The notes below the pieces were generated by a model, which saw only the letters and a list, made by a program, of their open reading frames with translations, had not been told where the DNA came from and made no database searches. Position numbers and translations under genes: made by a program. From a virus, in IMG/VR virus record IMGVR_UViG_3300044606_000094, positions 1-30,506 of that record: a stretch of DNA of 30,506 bases. One strand, written 5' to 3'. Shown here in pieces: positions 1 through 9,840 of this stretch; within the stretch, counting starts at the first letter, position 1; each line of letters opens with the position of its first letter.

Positions 1-36
1 AATTGCCTATTTTTAGATTTGATGTAAACCTACCAT
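1..36. repeat. Terminal direct repeat, copy 1 (identical to 30471-30506); marks circular assembly or terminal redundancy
   Basis: Exact 36-nt identity between window start and window end, read directly. Confidence 0.9.
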
Positions 37-742
37 TACCATTGACATCTAATTTGTAAGCAGGGGATGTCGTCCCGATGCCGACATTGCCGTTCTGTAA
101 AAGAGCCATGTTTGGAGTATTACCATTTGTAGCGCTTAAAAATCCGAGTGCTCCACTATTACCCTCAAGCTGAATCGAGTATTTTTCTGTTCCCAATGCC
201 CCCTGCACCCCGCTTGTGTTTGTATTAAAGACAAGTGAGTTTCTTGCACTAGTTCCAAACATCCAAGCATCATTGCCATCCATCCTACCTGTAAGCACTA
301 AGTTATTCCTTCCATGAAAAGATGCGTTATTCGTAAAATAAAATCTCCCTGAACCATCAAAATTAGTGCTACCCATTACCTGTAATTGTCCTTGTGGCGT
401 TGTCGTCCCGATGCCAACGTTGCCGTTGTTTAAAACTACCATTGTTGAACCAGCCACTTTAAATAATGGAGCTGTTCCTGTTACTCCTGTCCCAGTTATA
501 TTAACAGATGAAGCATTTATATTATAAGCTGTCACATTTCCATTAACTCCATTCAATAAAATAGAAGGGGAATTGGCCAGAGTGCTTGTTGAAGGATAAA
601 TTTTTAATAACCCTGACAAATATCCTGTTCCATATGCTGTATAAGTTGACGCCTGCGGAGCTAACCAAAAAGGAACGCCAGCATAAATATTTATATTTAT
701 CAATGTCAATATCATCATCATTATTATTTTTTTCATTTTCAT
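1..742 (-). CDS. Tail fibre protein, 5' part (ATG at 740-742; gene runs off the window start and continues at 30470 down to 29773)
   Basis: Minus-strand frame from ATG 742 has no stop down to position 1 (checked codon by codon). RBS GGAGAA upstream. Translation has a signal/anchor-like N-terminus (MKMKKIIMMMILTLI) and repeated NGNVGIGTT(T/S)P motifs typical of fibre shafts. Confidence 0.7.
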   Translation of the reverse strand, partial: MKMKKIIMMMILTLININIYAGVPFWLAPQASTYTAYGTGYLSGLLKIYPSTSTLANSPSILLNGVNGNVTAYNINASSVNITGTGVTGTAPLFKVAGSTMVVLNNGNVGIGTTTPQGQLQVMGSTNFDGSGRFYFTNNASFHGRNNLVLTGRMDGNDAWMFGTSARNSLVFNTNTSGVQGALGTEKYSIQLEGNSGALGFLSATNGNTPNMALLQNGNVGIGTTSPAYKLDVNGNGRFTSNLKIGN

Positions 743-760
743 ATTATTTTCTCCTTATCA

Positions 761-1036
761 TTATGAAATAATTTCCCAGCTTGCTAATGTAACAAAACCA
801 TTACCTTCCGAGCCAGCATTAGCTATCCCTGTATAAAGTAAAAGAGCTCTTAAATCAGTAGGAATGGCAAGGAAAGGTATAGTAGGATTTGCTAATGCAG
901 TTGCTTTTATATTTGCCAATGTTCCTGTTTTAATTGCCTGACCACCAGAAATTAAATTAAATAAATAATCAAAATTTTCTTTTAGTTTTGTCCCATTAGG
1001 ATTTTGTCCGTTAGCAATTGTATGAGGAACTGCCAT
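761..1036 (-). CDS. Small tail/baseplate-associated protein (hypothetical)
   Basis: 91-aa ORF between the distal tail protein and the fibre gene; function from position only. Confidence 0.4.
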   Translation of the reverse strand: MAVPHTIANGQNPNGTKLKENFDYLFNLISGGQAIKTGTLANIKATALANPTIPFLAIPTDLRALLLYTGIANAGSEGNGFVTLASWEIIS

Positions 1037-1038
1037 AA

Positions 1039-3483
1039 TTATACCTCCACCAAATCTAAAGTAGTCATATAGTCATCAGGGGATAATGTAATACCCTCTA
1101 TTCTAAAATCTTTATCCCACATATTATATCTATTTTCTAAATCTTCATCATCATAATATTCAAGGTCAGGCTGACCATAAACTACATCAGTATCGCCCCA
1201 TTTCCATCTTCTTAAAACCAGTGGCTCATCAAAAAATGTTTTTACTTTATCACCCAATTCAAGATGAGGCAAAAACATTGATTCAACTTTACATCTTATT
1301 TTAGGTTCTTTCGTGTAATTCAAAATCGTAGGAGCAACAGCATAAGCCAGATTGACATTATCAGCAGGCAATAATGAGCTTGATGAAATTGAATATTGCC
1401 TATCTCCATATTTGTCAATTGAGTTAGGATGATCGTCCGATGATGCATCAGATACTTTTCTATATATTCCAAATTCAGCTACAACACGATTATATACTCT
1501 ATCTATTCCTAAATCTATACTTTTAACATCAACAATATTATTATCACTTCTCAATTCAATAACAGCAGGGACATTTGTAAAACGAGGTCTATAAATAAAA
1601 GTTTCATCAGCTTTAAAACCAAATTCATAAGCAGGCATCTCGGCTAATTTTTCTAATGCTTGTCTTGATGTCATACCAGTTAAATTAACTAAATCTATAA
1701 GAGTTGTAGAGGTGTAATATGTCAATTTAATTTCGTCAAACACAGGAGTTAAAGGATTTGACAATGATTCTAATGTAGCAGTTACTCTAAACTTCAAATA
1801 TCGTTTAACTGCTGAATTAATTAAGCCAGTTGCTCCAATAGCAACCCAACCAGCAGGATCATTGCCTGTAGAAAAATCTGAGCTATCAGAGCTATAAGTT
1901 TCAAATATTACATTAGCTCCATTTGCTGTATATATCGCATTAAAATCCCCATAGGCAGTTACATCAGAGCCACAATCTTTAACAGGGCTTTCCAAGACGC
2001 CTCTACCTACAGTAGTGCCATTTTCCCAGAAGTAAAAATCATCAAAATAAAATATACGAGTCTGATCTGACCAATAAGCAACATAAGGTATGAGATAAAA
2101 ACCATTAGTAGTATTATGTGTTGTATCAGTTGCAGTCCCTTTTAAAACTTCATTGATGTATAATTTAAAAACACCATTTTCATCCCTTGAAATTCTATAT
2201 ACAAGTTCTATAGAATGATAATATAAATAACTTGTATCAATTAATAAAGTATCTACTCCTGCTGTTCTTTTAAAAAGACGAACCACCACACCCATTGGAC
2301 TTGGATATATAATTATATAATATCCATCATTAGGTTCTTCATTAATACCTGTTTCATTCAATCCTATTATCCATATAGTTAAAGGCATAGCATTATTACT
2401 CCAAGCTTTAAAAATCCAATTACCAGTTGTTTTTTGTAAAGGTAAAAAAAGATTTGGATTATTATCTAAACCCAATGAATTAACTTTCAATATATTTTCA
2501 TTTACTTCCCAACCATCATATTTAACTGTCCATTCAGGATTTTCATCATAATTACCATCTCCAAAATCATCAATCAAACCAATCTTAAAACTACCAGGCG
2601 TTGTAATTGTGTCTATATTAGTTTTAGTGCAAGTATCCCAATCATCTTTGCTATTAAAATCCCAAGTATTTTCAATTGAACTGCTAAATATAGCTGGAGA
2701 TATATCATAATTAGTTATTCCATTCAATATCATTATTTGTTCTACAAGCCACTCTAAAGTCTTATCCTGATACCAATATCTGTAAGAGCAATATAATTTT
2801 TCACCTGCTGTTAATTCGCTTACAAGAGTAATTTTAAGAGGCAGACTTTTTTGATTCAAATCAGATATAGTATAATCTATCTGAGGCTTAATTTCAGTAG
2901 CAGTTTCTAATGTTGTCCCTCTTTTAATATTGATTATTATCCCTACTCCATTATTATCTGTTGTAAATTCTGCTCCTGAATCTTGACCTACCAATTCATC
3001 ATTTACAAGTGTTGATATAGTTTCAGCATTCTTGTTGCCAAATTTTGATATTCCACTTTGAATAACAATATTGCAAGTCTTATTAACTAAATCATAATTC
3101 AAGTCATCAGAGATATAACCAGTAAAACTTTTTAATAATTCAAAACTACCATCAGCAAGTTGTGCACCAAATTTGATAACAATCTTTGAATCAACAACCT
3201 GATAATTACCAGAGAAAAACCCTTTTTCATTTCCCTGCTTCCATTGATTTCTATCATTACGAAAAACAATAGAAGTATTATCAAGTGTCCAAACATTAAA
3301 ACCTTCAGCATCCATCTTCCATCTTATTTCAGACATTTCTTTTACTTCACTTGTTATATCAATAGCTGTATCATAAACGAACGATCCATTTATCCATAAT
3401 TTACGATATAATTCAACAACTTTTTTATAGACAGGATTTTTTCTTTCAAGTGATTTTTTTAATTCGTTAGAAATATCTTGCAT
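1039..3483 (-). CDS. Large distal tail protein (Tal-like tail-tip protein)
   Basis: 814-aa ORF immediately after the Dit-like gene and tape measure, which is the usual siphovirus order; no catalytic motif recognised. Confidence 0.45.
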   Translation of the reverse strand: MQDISNELKKSLERKNPVYKKVVELYRKLWINGSFVYDTAIDITSEVKEMSEIRWKMDAEGFNVWTLDNTSIVFRNDRNQWKQGNEKGFFSGNYQVVDSKIVIKFGAQLADGSFELLKSFTGYISDDLNYDLVNKTCNIVIQSGISKFGNKNAETISTLVNDELVGQDSGAEFTTDNNGVGIIINIKRGTTLETATEIKPQIDYTISDLNQKSLPLKITLVSELTAGEKLYCSYRYWYQDKTLEWLVEQIMILNGITNYDISPAIFSSSIENTWDFNSKDDWDTCTKTNIDTITTPGSFKIGLIDDFGDGNYDENPEWTVKYDGWEVNENILKVNSLGLDNNPNLFLPLQKTTGNWIFKAWSNNAMPLTIWIIGLNETGINEEPNDGYYIIIYPSPMGVVVRLFKRTAGVDTLLIDTSYLYYHSIELVYRISRDENGVFKLYINEVLKGTATDTTHNTTNGFYLIPYVAYWSDQTRIFYFDDFYFWENGTTVGRGVLESPVKDCGSDVTAYGDFNAIYTANGANVIFETYSSDSSDFSTGNDPAGWVAIGATGLINSAVKRYLKFRVTATLESLSNPLTPVFDEIKLTYYTSTTLIDLVNLTGMTSRQALEKLAEMPAYEFGFKADETFIYRPRFTNVPAVIELRSDNNIVDVKSIDLGIDRVYNRVVAEFGIYRKVSDASSDDHPNSIDKYGDRQYSISSSSLLPADNVNLAYAVAPTILNYTKEPKIRCKVESMFLPHLELGDKVKTFFDEPLVLRRWKWGDTDVVYGQPDLEYYDDEDLENRYNMWDKDFRIEGITLSPDDYMTTLDLVEV

Positions 3484-3485
3484 TA

Positions 3486-4247
3486 TTATTTTTCCTCTAA
3501 TGACAACGATAGATTAAATAATCTTTCTTTCCTATTAATATTAAAATTAGGAGCATTTACTATTTGAAACTCATAAATATCAGAAATATTAAAATCTTGA
3601 TAAAATATAACTATTATAAATTCATTCTGTTTCATATAAGGCAATAAAATATTTAGATTGTCCAATGATACATTTTCAATTGATAATTTACCTGATACTT
3701 TTGTCCATTCTTTCCAAGAGACTAATTTACCACCAGCCAATCTATAATCATTACCACGCATAGAATCATTTCTTGAAAAATCACTCAACCATTCAGGCTC
3801 TTCAAGAATTGATTTACAGATTTTTAATTCTCCGATTTGTTTTTCTTGATTAGCTATTTGCGTGGTTTTACAATTTAACCTAATTCTGCTGACAGGAATA
3901 GGAGGAGGTTGTGTAATTTCAATAATTGTGTATGCTTCGTTTTCAATTATCAATCCAGCCCCTGGGATATTAATCCAATCTGTGCCATTGTAATATTCAA
4001 AAGTAACAAATTTTAGATTATGATTTAAAATTATTATTCTATTAAAATCTCTGTTTATTTCCTCACCTTGCCAATTTTTGAAAGTGATATCTATATGCTC
4101 TATTATATTATCATTAGAACCTTCACTTACCCATTTAGTAGCCTGATTTTGGTCAAACAAATAATTTTTAGTAGCAGACCCAGATGTAGGTTCTATACTA
4201 CAATATTCATTTATATAATTTTCACTACATATTTTAATACCGTTCAT
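3486..4247 (-). CDS. Distal tail protein (Dit-like) or minor tail protein
   Basis: 253-aa ORF directly downstream of the tape-measure gene; assignment by position and size. Confidence 0.4.
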   Translation of the reverse strand: MNGIKICSENYINEYCSIEPTSGSATKNYLFDQNQATKWVSEGSNDNIIEHIDITFKNWQGEEINRDFNRIIILNHNLKFVTFEYYNGTDWINIPGAGLIIENEAYTIIEITQPPPIPVSRIRLNCKTTQIANQEKQIGELKICKSILEEPEWLSDFSRNDSMRGNDYRLAGGKLVSWKEWTKVSGKLSIENVSLDNLNILLPYMKQNEFIIVIFYQDFNISDIYEFQIVNAPNFNINRKERLFNLSLSLEEK

Positions 4248-6133
4248 ATAGTTGTATTACCTGCCTTTTTAAGTCCAACCTTATAATTTACCTTTGCTAA
4301 TTCAACAGCTGATAGAACGCCTGACCTTGTAGCCTTTGCAAGTTTATCAGCTATCACTGATATATCTGTTTCAGATGTCCCGCCTATTGTTATGTTTTGT
4401 GAAAGGGTTATGTTAGGAGCTCCTATTCCAGCACCTGCACCTGCAGGGATAAGTGAGGATGGCATAGGAACAGGATTATTCTTAATAGAATTAACCACAT
4501 CAGCAGGGATAACCTCCTCGCCTTTATGTAATAGATACGGTCCCGTTTCAGGTATATATCCACCTTCTTTACGAGTGCCTAACAAAAATTTCTCTGCCAT
4601 ACCACCAAACCCTAATCCAGTCAGAGCCTTAAATAATAACCATTTTGCTATCATCTGTGAAACCATAGAGATAAAAGAATTTAAAATGCTTTTAAAAATA
4701 CCACTTAATAATTTTTTAAAATTGTCAAACATATTTCCTGATGACTTTATAAATGTTTCTATTGCTGATGACATTCCAGATATTGTAGATGACCACATCG
4801 CATCCCACGCCTGTGCCCATCCCATACCTGATGATTTCATTCTATCAATAGATTGCAAGAATGACCCTGCCATAGTCGCATTATCACGAGCATATATTTC
4901 CTGAGCTCTAATCATAAGAGCTTCCTTTTGCTCTAATGTTTTCTCATCCCAAGAACCCTGCTCACCATATATAAATTGTAAATAACTTAATTCTGCCTCA
5001 CCTTTTGCCGATAGATACCATTCATCAACTTCTTTTAATTTTCTTTCTGCTTGTTTTTTTGCTTCTGCTAATTCCTCTTCATTTATTGTAGGTGCAGGTT
5101 TTGCTGCAGGTTTTTCAAGAGGTTTAGGTGCAGGTTTTGCTGCAGGTTTTGCAGCATTCTCTTTTGCTATTGCTTTTTCTAATTCTATTTTTGTATCAGT
5201 TAAATTTTTTAAAGTAGTAGAATAATCAAGCCACTGCTTATTTGATATAACATTTGATGTTTGTGCTTGTAAATCTATAATCTTTTGTAAATTTGCTCTA
5301 TATATTTTTATTTGCTCATTAGTAGCATCAAGTCTTATTTCATTCAAACTTTTACCAGCATTACTTGCTCTCTCTTCTGATTTTGTTATTTCTTCAAACC
5401 AGCCAGTTACAGATTCTAATTTTTCTAACCAAAAATCTATTACAGGTATTAATTCCTTTCCAATTCTTTCCTTTAAATCACTTATTCTATTTTCAAAAAC
5501 TTTTAATTTACCGCTTGTTGTTTCTGCTTCTGTTGTAGCGATATTAAATCCATCAGCCAAAAGTTTAGTAACAGCTGCAGCCTTCTCTGTTTCGTCTGTC
5601 ATAGAGCGGAGCTGAGGGATATATCGCTGAAGCATCGTATAATCACCTTGACCAGCAAGAGCGACCATTTTAATAGCACTATTCAAATCAACACCATATG
5701 CCTTTGAAAGTCCAATCGCTTGTTTTGTAGCTTCCCCTATCTTATCAGCAGATATGCCCATTGACAAACCTAACTGCATTACAGCAAGAGCATCCTCATC
5801 GCTTACAGTAGTTATCTTTTGGATTTCAGAAGCTAAATTTTGCAATTGATTAGAAAGCGAATCGCTATATATTCCTTGTGAACGAAGTTGCTGATTAAGA
5901 CGAGCAACAGCTTCCTCTGACTTTGCATATTCATTCCAGCAATCTTTTGCAAAGTCTATTGTTTTATATATTGCAGCACCGCCTGCGAATAAACCACCGA
6001 TTTTTGTGAATGTAGATTTTAAATTTGATGCTGAATCATCAGTTTGATTGATATGACTTTTTGCTTCTTCCAAACCTTTCGGGTCAAATAGAGTTCCAAG
6101 TCGTATGTAGAATTTAGCGAATTCTCCAGCCAT
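4244..6133 (-). CDS. Tail tape measure protein
   Basis: 629-aa, helix-rich, with a low-complexity AAKPAAKPAPKPLEKPAAKPAP stretch; lies between the chaperone pair and distal tail genes. Confidence 0.8.
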   Translation of the reverse strand: MAGEFAKFYIRLGTLFDPKGLEEAKSHINQTDDSASNLKSTFTKIGGLFAGGAAIYKTIDFAKDCWNEYAKSEEAVARLNQQLRSQGIYSDSLSNQLQNLASEIQKITTVSDEDALAVMQLGLSMGISADKIGEATKQAIGLSKAYGVDLNSAIKMVALAGQGDYTMLQRYIPQLRSMTDETEKAAAVTKLLADGFNIATTEAETTSGKLKVFENRISDLKERIGKELIPVIDFWLEKLESVTGWFEEITKSEERASNAGKSLNEIRLDATNEQIKIYRANLQKIIDLQAQTSNVISNKQWLDYSTTLKNLTDTKIELEKAIAKENAAKPAAKPAPKPLEKPAAKPAPTINEEELAEAKKQAERKLKEVDEWYLSAKGEAELSYLQFIYGEQGSWDEKTLEQKEALMIRAQEIYARDNATMAGSFLQSIDRMKSSGMGWAQAWDAMWSSTISGMSSAIETFIKSSGNMFDNFKKLLSGIFKSILNSFISMVSQMIAKWLLFKALTGLGFGGMAEKFLLGTRKEGGYIPETGPYLLHKGEEVIPADVVNSIKNNPVPMPSSLIPAGAGAGIGAPNITLSQNITIGGTSETDISVIADKLAKATRSGVLSAVELAKVNYKVGLKKAGNTTI

Positions 6134-6343
6134 TTATTTTTTCCTCTTTATTCCAATTGCCATAAGCTCGGCTGTCGTAGGAGTTGAGCCAGATTTATTG
6201 ATAATATTTTTATTATCTTTAACTCCAACTCCAACACCTATAATAGAACTTATAAAATCTGTCCAAAATTTATATTGACTTATATCAATATCAACAGCCT
6301 GCTCATAAGCAAGTGTAATCCATTCAGTAGAATGGTCAAGCAC
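6134..6343 (-). CDS. Tail assembly chaperone extension (T part of a likely G/GT -1 frameshift product)
   Basis: This frame is open upstream back to about 6470 and overlaps the 3' end of the G ORF in the -1 frame; conserved siphovirus arrangement upstream of tape measure. Confidence 0.45.
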   Translation of the reverse strand: MLDHSTEWITLAYEQAVDIDISQYKFWTDFISSIIGVGVGVKDNKNIINKSGSTPTTAELMAIGIKRKK

Positions 6344-6372
6344 TTCCTCAAAAGTATAGCCGAATGTGGATG

Positions 6373-6822
6373 CTATTTTTGAGACGACGGCAAAGAGAGC
6401 ATTCCTTTTATTTTCTCGGCTATCCCCTTTAGATTCTTTGTCGTCTGCTGAAAATTTGCGAATATTTTTTCAAAGTCATTTAATTCAGTAACAACTTTTA
6501 TAACTTCGCTAAAATCCTCCATTGAAATATTTGAAAAATCATCATCTGATTTTAATAATATTTTCAATAAGCCATCAGCATTTTCTGTTGCTATTCCTTC
6601 AAGCAAAGCAGGCAAATCATTTTTATCAATACTGTTATTAATTATATTTTGTCTTACAGATTCGTGTAAATTACCAATCAATCTTAAAAGTTTAATATTC
6701 TGTGCCAATGTCATTTTTGTTATCGTATATTTTTTATTATTGACTGTTATAATTTTTTCAACAGGAAGCAAAGTTTCTATTTCACTCATAAATATCTCCT
6801 TTTGTATTTTTAAAAAAAACAC
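6373..6822 (-). CDS. Tail assembly chaperone (G-like); true start probably ATG at 6789 (MSEIETLL) after RBS GGAGAT
   Basis: Position between major tail and tape measure genes; internal RBS plus ATG at 6789. Confidence 0.5.
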   Translation of the reverse strand: MFFLKIQKEIFMSEIETLLPVEKIITVNNKKYTITKMTLAQNIKLLRLIGNLHESVRQNIINNSIDKNDLPALLEGIATENADGLLKILLKSDDDFSNISMEDFSEVIKVVTELNDFEKIFANFQQTTKNLKGIAEKIKGMLSLPSSQK

Positions 6823-6866
6823 AATGAGGCAAAGTTTTACCTATGCCCCATTGTGTATAAGGATTA
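6821..6866 (-). terminator. Rho-independent terminator after the major tail protein gene
   Basis: 13-bp stem (ACACAATGAGGCA / TGCCCCATTGTGT, one mismatch) followed on the minus-strand transcript by a run of 8 U (plus-strand A8 at 6821-6828). Confidence 0.7.
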
Positions 6867-6871
6867 CTCTG

Positions 6872-7750
6872 TTATGTCGTTACATTAAACTGTTCAATTT
6901 TAGTAGCAGCTAATCTATTACCAGCAAGGTCTTTAAGACCTGTTGTAACTACTGCCTGAAATGTATTACTTGCTGTCCAATTATTTGTAGGAGTGAAGGT
7001 AACTTTTTTAGTCGTGGCATTATAAACTAATGTTCCAGCAACCAGAGCAGCAGATGCAGGTGTTGTTGTGTTTATGATAGAAAAAGTATCACCATATACT
7101 ATAGTAGATTGGTCTATCTGTCCAGCCTCTGTTATAGTCCATTCTACAACACCTTTTGTGTCTTTAGTAACAGTTCCACCATCAATAGGAGTAGAAAGAG
7201 CTACGCTTGGAGGTGTGGTGTCAACATCGGTATCAGTAAATGTTCCCATCTCTGCACCTGAAGCTTGAGCATTATCCCACAATACATCCATCTCCATCTC
7301 AACAATAGTTTTATCATCCTTCTTGTATGAGTGAGCACCACTACCTGAAATCACACATTTAGGAAAGTGATACATCCTTGTCCCACCAGCGGGTCCATCA
7401 ACATAAAAGAAAATTTCTCTGTAAAGCTCGCCATTAGAAGGTGCTCCTAATTTTAATACTCCATTTGACACGGCAGAGGTAGGCAATCCAAAAGCCAAAG
7501 CTATATTTGATAATGTAGCCTCAGCCAAATTAAATTTTAGTTTCCCAACTCGTCTAACTTCTTTTGCAGCAGTAGGTCCTGGGTCTTGGTCAGTGTCAAT
7601 ATGTTTTATTTCTCTTTCAAGAGAGAACTCAATGCCATCAGATGTCCTTCCAACATCTACAGCAGCATTAACCCCGCCTGCATAATCTCCTATCTTCACT
7701 TGAGACGCTGCACCGAGATTGAAACCAAATACTATATTTTGCGTTTGCAT
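6872..7750 (-). CDS. Major tail protein with C-terminal Ig-like domain
   Basis: 292-aa ORF in the expected position; Thr/Ser-rich beta-type C-terminus; strong terminator immediately downstream. Confidence 0.6.
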   Translation of the reverse strand: MQTQNIVFGFNLGAASQVKIGDYAGGVNAAVDVGRTSDGIEFSLEREIKHIDTDQDPGPTAAKEVRRVGKLKFNLAEATLSNIALAFGLPTSAVSNGVLKLGAPSNGELYREIFFYVDGPAGGTRMYHFPKCVISGSGAHSYKKDDKTIVEMEMDVLWDNAQASGAEMGTFTDTDVDTTPPSVALSTPIDGGTVTKDTKGVVEWTITEAGQIDQSTIVYGDTFSIINTTTPASAALVAGTLVYNATTKKVTFTPTNNWTASNTFQAVVTTGLKDLAGNRLAATKIEQFNVTT

Positions 7751-7752
7751 TT

Positions 7753-8154
7753 TTATCCTCCATTTTTCCTTTTATACTTTATATGAAATATACAACTATG
7801 TGAATACAATCTTGTATCATTCTCAAATGTATCCACTCCGCCAACCTTACGACTGTAATATATATAAAATTTATCTGATGTGATATTAATATTTTCCCAT
7901 ACATCTAACAACTCTGAAAGTCTATAAGCAATAGATACAGCATTATCATAAATTTCAGAATATGCTGTCAAGGTTATCATACTTTCTTCAAGCACAGAAT
8001 CATTAGAACCTTCTGAAACAAAGTATAATATATAAGGTGTTGTGTCTCCAGGGGGTGCTTGAATAGGGAATATTTTTTTATTACCAGCATTACCTTGCAA
8101 CAAAGTTTGAAGTTGTGAATCTGCTTCAAGCCATTTAATTAAATCTCGTATCAT
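7753..8154 (-). CDS. Tail terminator / neck protein (hypothetical)
   Basis: 133-aa ORF between the gp10-like gene and major tail gene; position only. Confidence 0.35.
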   Translation of the reverse strand: MIRDLIKWLEADSQLQTLLQGNAGNKKIFPIQAPPGDTTPYILYFVSEGSNDSVLEESMITLTAYSEIYDNAVSIAYRLSELLDVWENINITSDKFYIYYSRKVGGVDTFENDTRLYSHSCIFHIKYKRKNGG

Positions 8155-8618
8155 TTTATTTTTAATTTATCAATCCTTATTCCGATTTCTTTTTCCCATT
8201 TATCAATATGTCTTTTTATGACAGGCATAAGATAAGGACGAGGAGCCATCTTACTCGTTCCCAACTCAAGAGCTTTAGCATAAGTAACTTCAATCTTTGC
8301 CTTTCGTATTGCTCCAATATCAAGGAATAAATTATTTTTTCCTTCCTTTGAAAGTAAATAACCTATTGATGCACGAAGATTGCCAGTTTGGACAAAAGGT
8401 GGTTGATTAGGTTGGCTATGTATTCGTTGCTTACCACCTCTTGCTCCCTTTGATGAAAGTCTTCCACCTGTCTTCATAGAGTTCTTTATTTCAGATTCCA
8501 TCTCAGCACCTTCCTGCATCATAAAAAGACGAGAAGCATTATTAATATCATCACTAAGTTTTTTCAATGCTGAAATAACCTTATCAGCATCAACGATAGT
8601 TACTGACATTTTTATCAT
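8151..8618 (-). CDS. HK97 gp10-like head-tail joining protein
   Basis: Motifs PFVQTGNLRASIGY and MAPRPYLMPVIK resemble the HK97 gp10 family; position in the neck module. Confidence 0.55.
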   Translation of the reverse strand: MIKMSVTIVDADKVISALKKLSDDINNASRLFMMQEGAEMESEIKNSMKTGGRLSSKGARGGKQRIHSQPNQPPFVQTGNLRASIGYLLSKEGKNNLFLDIGAIRKAKIEVTYAKALELGTSKMAPRPYLMPVIKRHIDKWEKEIGIRIDKLKIK

Positions 8619-8620
8619 AA

Positions 8621-9163
8621 TTAAAACTCTATTCTTTTAAAAGGAGCAAGTCCATCTATAAAAGCCTGAGGATTATAAACAATATCAGAATGGTCAATCT
8701 TTGCATCTTTCATCCTTCCTTCAAGAAGCATTATAACCCATTCTATACATATTTCAGAGAGCCCTGCAGGGATTGTAGAATATCCAGCCTGATAAGTTAC
8801 TTTATACTCTCTATGTCTATCATCTACATAATCCCAGCCATTATCACTATACAAATATCCTTCATCATTATAAACTTTATAATAACTTGAATCAATTATT
8901 TCATCATTCAATTTTACAACAGGAGTGCCTATAACAGGATATTGTTTTAAAAAAAGATATTTGCCACGAGGCACATCATAAACTTCATCAGTATAAGTAG
9001 CTAACTTAAAATTACGATTACACAATGCTTCAATTCTACCGCTTATAATATTTATCAATGTCTGAATACGATCGTCATAAGTTGTGTCATCTTGATTTCG
9101 TCCCCAAACATATTTAACATCGGCTACTGTTGTTAAAGCATTATCCGAAGCGGTTACTGACAT
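8621..9163 (-). CDS. Head-tail connector / adaptor protein (gp6-like)
   Basis: N-terminus LTTVADVKYVWGRN...RIQTLINIISGRIEALCNR is typical of gp6-like connector proteins; RBS AGGAGA upstream. Confidence 0.5.
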   Translation of the reverse strand: MSVTASDNALTTVADVKYVWGRNQDDTTYDDRIQTLINIISGRIEALCNRNFKLATYTDEVYDVPRGKYLFLKQYPVIGTPVVKLNDEIIDSSYYKVYNDEGYLYSDNGWDYVDDRHREYKVTYQAGYSTIPAGLSEICIEWVIMLLEGRMKDAKIDHSDIVYNPQAFIDGLAPFKRIEF

Positions 9164-9246
9164 TATGTCTCCTATTATTCCGATCCTCGCCCTAATAAGT
9201 AAATATTAAAGCGAGGATGAGGGAATTGAATATGAATATTATTTAT

Positions 9247-9636
9247 TTATCTATAGTGAACATTAAACTGAACAACACTATCTGCATCTGATTTTCTAAA
9301 GCATACATCTGTCACAGATAGAGGAGTATTGTAGAGTGGAAAACTCAAGAATATACTTCTTGAACTTTCACCAGCTGGAATATATCCTCTCCATATCAAA
9401 CTAACTGTAGTCGTAGATGAGCAATTTTTATAAACGCTAACCGTCTGTGCAGTTGTCGTGCTAATATTGAATATAGATATTTGTTCAATAGCTATATTTC
9501 CAGATATATTAGCAGCCATTGTAGCTGCCTCATCAATCGGATAAGTAGAAGCTGCAACGGTATAATCAGTAGCAGAAGCGGATGCTAATGCACTGAAAAC
9601 TCCAAGACAAAATATAAGAGCTATAACCTTTTTCAT
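9247..9636 (-). CDS. Secreted protein with N-terminal signal peptide (possible moron or decoration protein)
   Basis: MKKVIALIFCLGVFSALASASA followed by a Thr/Ser-rich domain; a hairpin (about 9184-9218) follows the gene. Confidence 0.5.
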   Translation of the reverse strand: MKKVIALIFCLGVFSALASASATDYTVAASTYPIDEAATMAANISGNIAIEQISIFNISTTTAQTVSVYKNCSSTTTVSLIWRGYIPAGESSRSIFLSFPLYNTPLSVTDVCFRKSDADSVVQFNVHYR

Positions 9637-9828
9637 TTATTTACCTCCTAACTTTTTTTTTGAAACTTCAGGAGCTATTTTATTTGATTCTGATTTTACA
9701 TCAAGAATTTTTATAGCTCCTGATTTCTCTAAAACTTCTGCTGATTTTTTATCCATAGTTGTTTTAGAACCAGCGATATAACCAGCAAGTTTTATAACTT
9801 CAATCATGCATATTTCGTTTTCATTCAT
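9637..9828 (-). CDS. Hypothetical protein
   Basis: 63-aa ORF tightly packed between the capsid gene and the secreted-protein gene. Confidence 0.35.
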   Translation of the reverse strand: MNENEICMIEVIKLAGYIAGSKTTMDKKSAEVLEKSGAIKILDVKSESNKIAPEVSKKKLGGK

Positions 9829-9840
9829 TTTATTACCCTA

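Noticed and set aside
4392-4904. Plus-strand 170-aa ORF inside the tape-measure gene
   Set aside because: Antisense to a confident minus-strand gene, Pro/Ala/Ile-rich low-complexity translation of the antisense repeat, no RBS; likely spurious.
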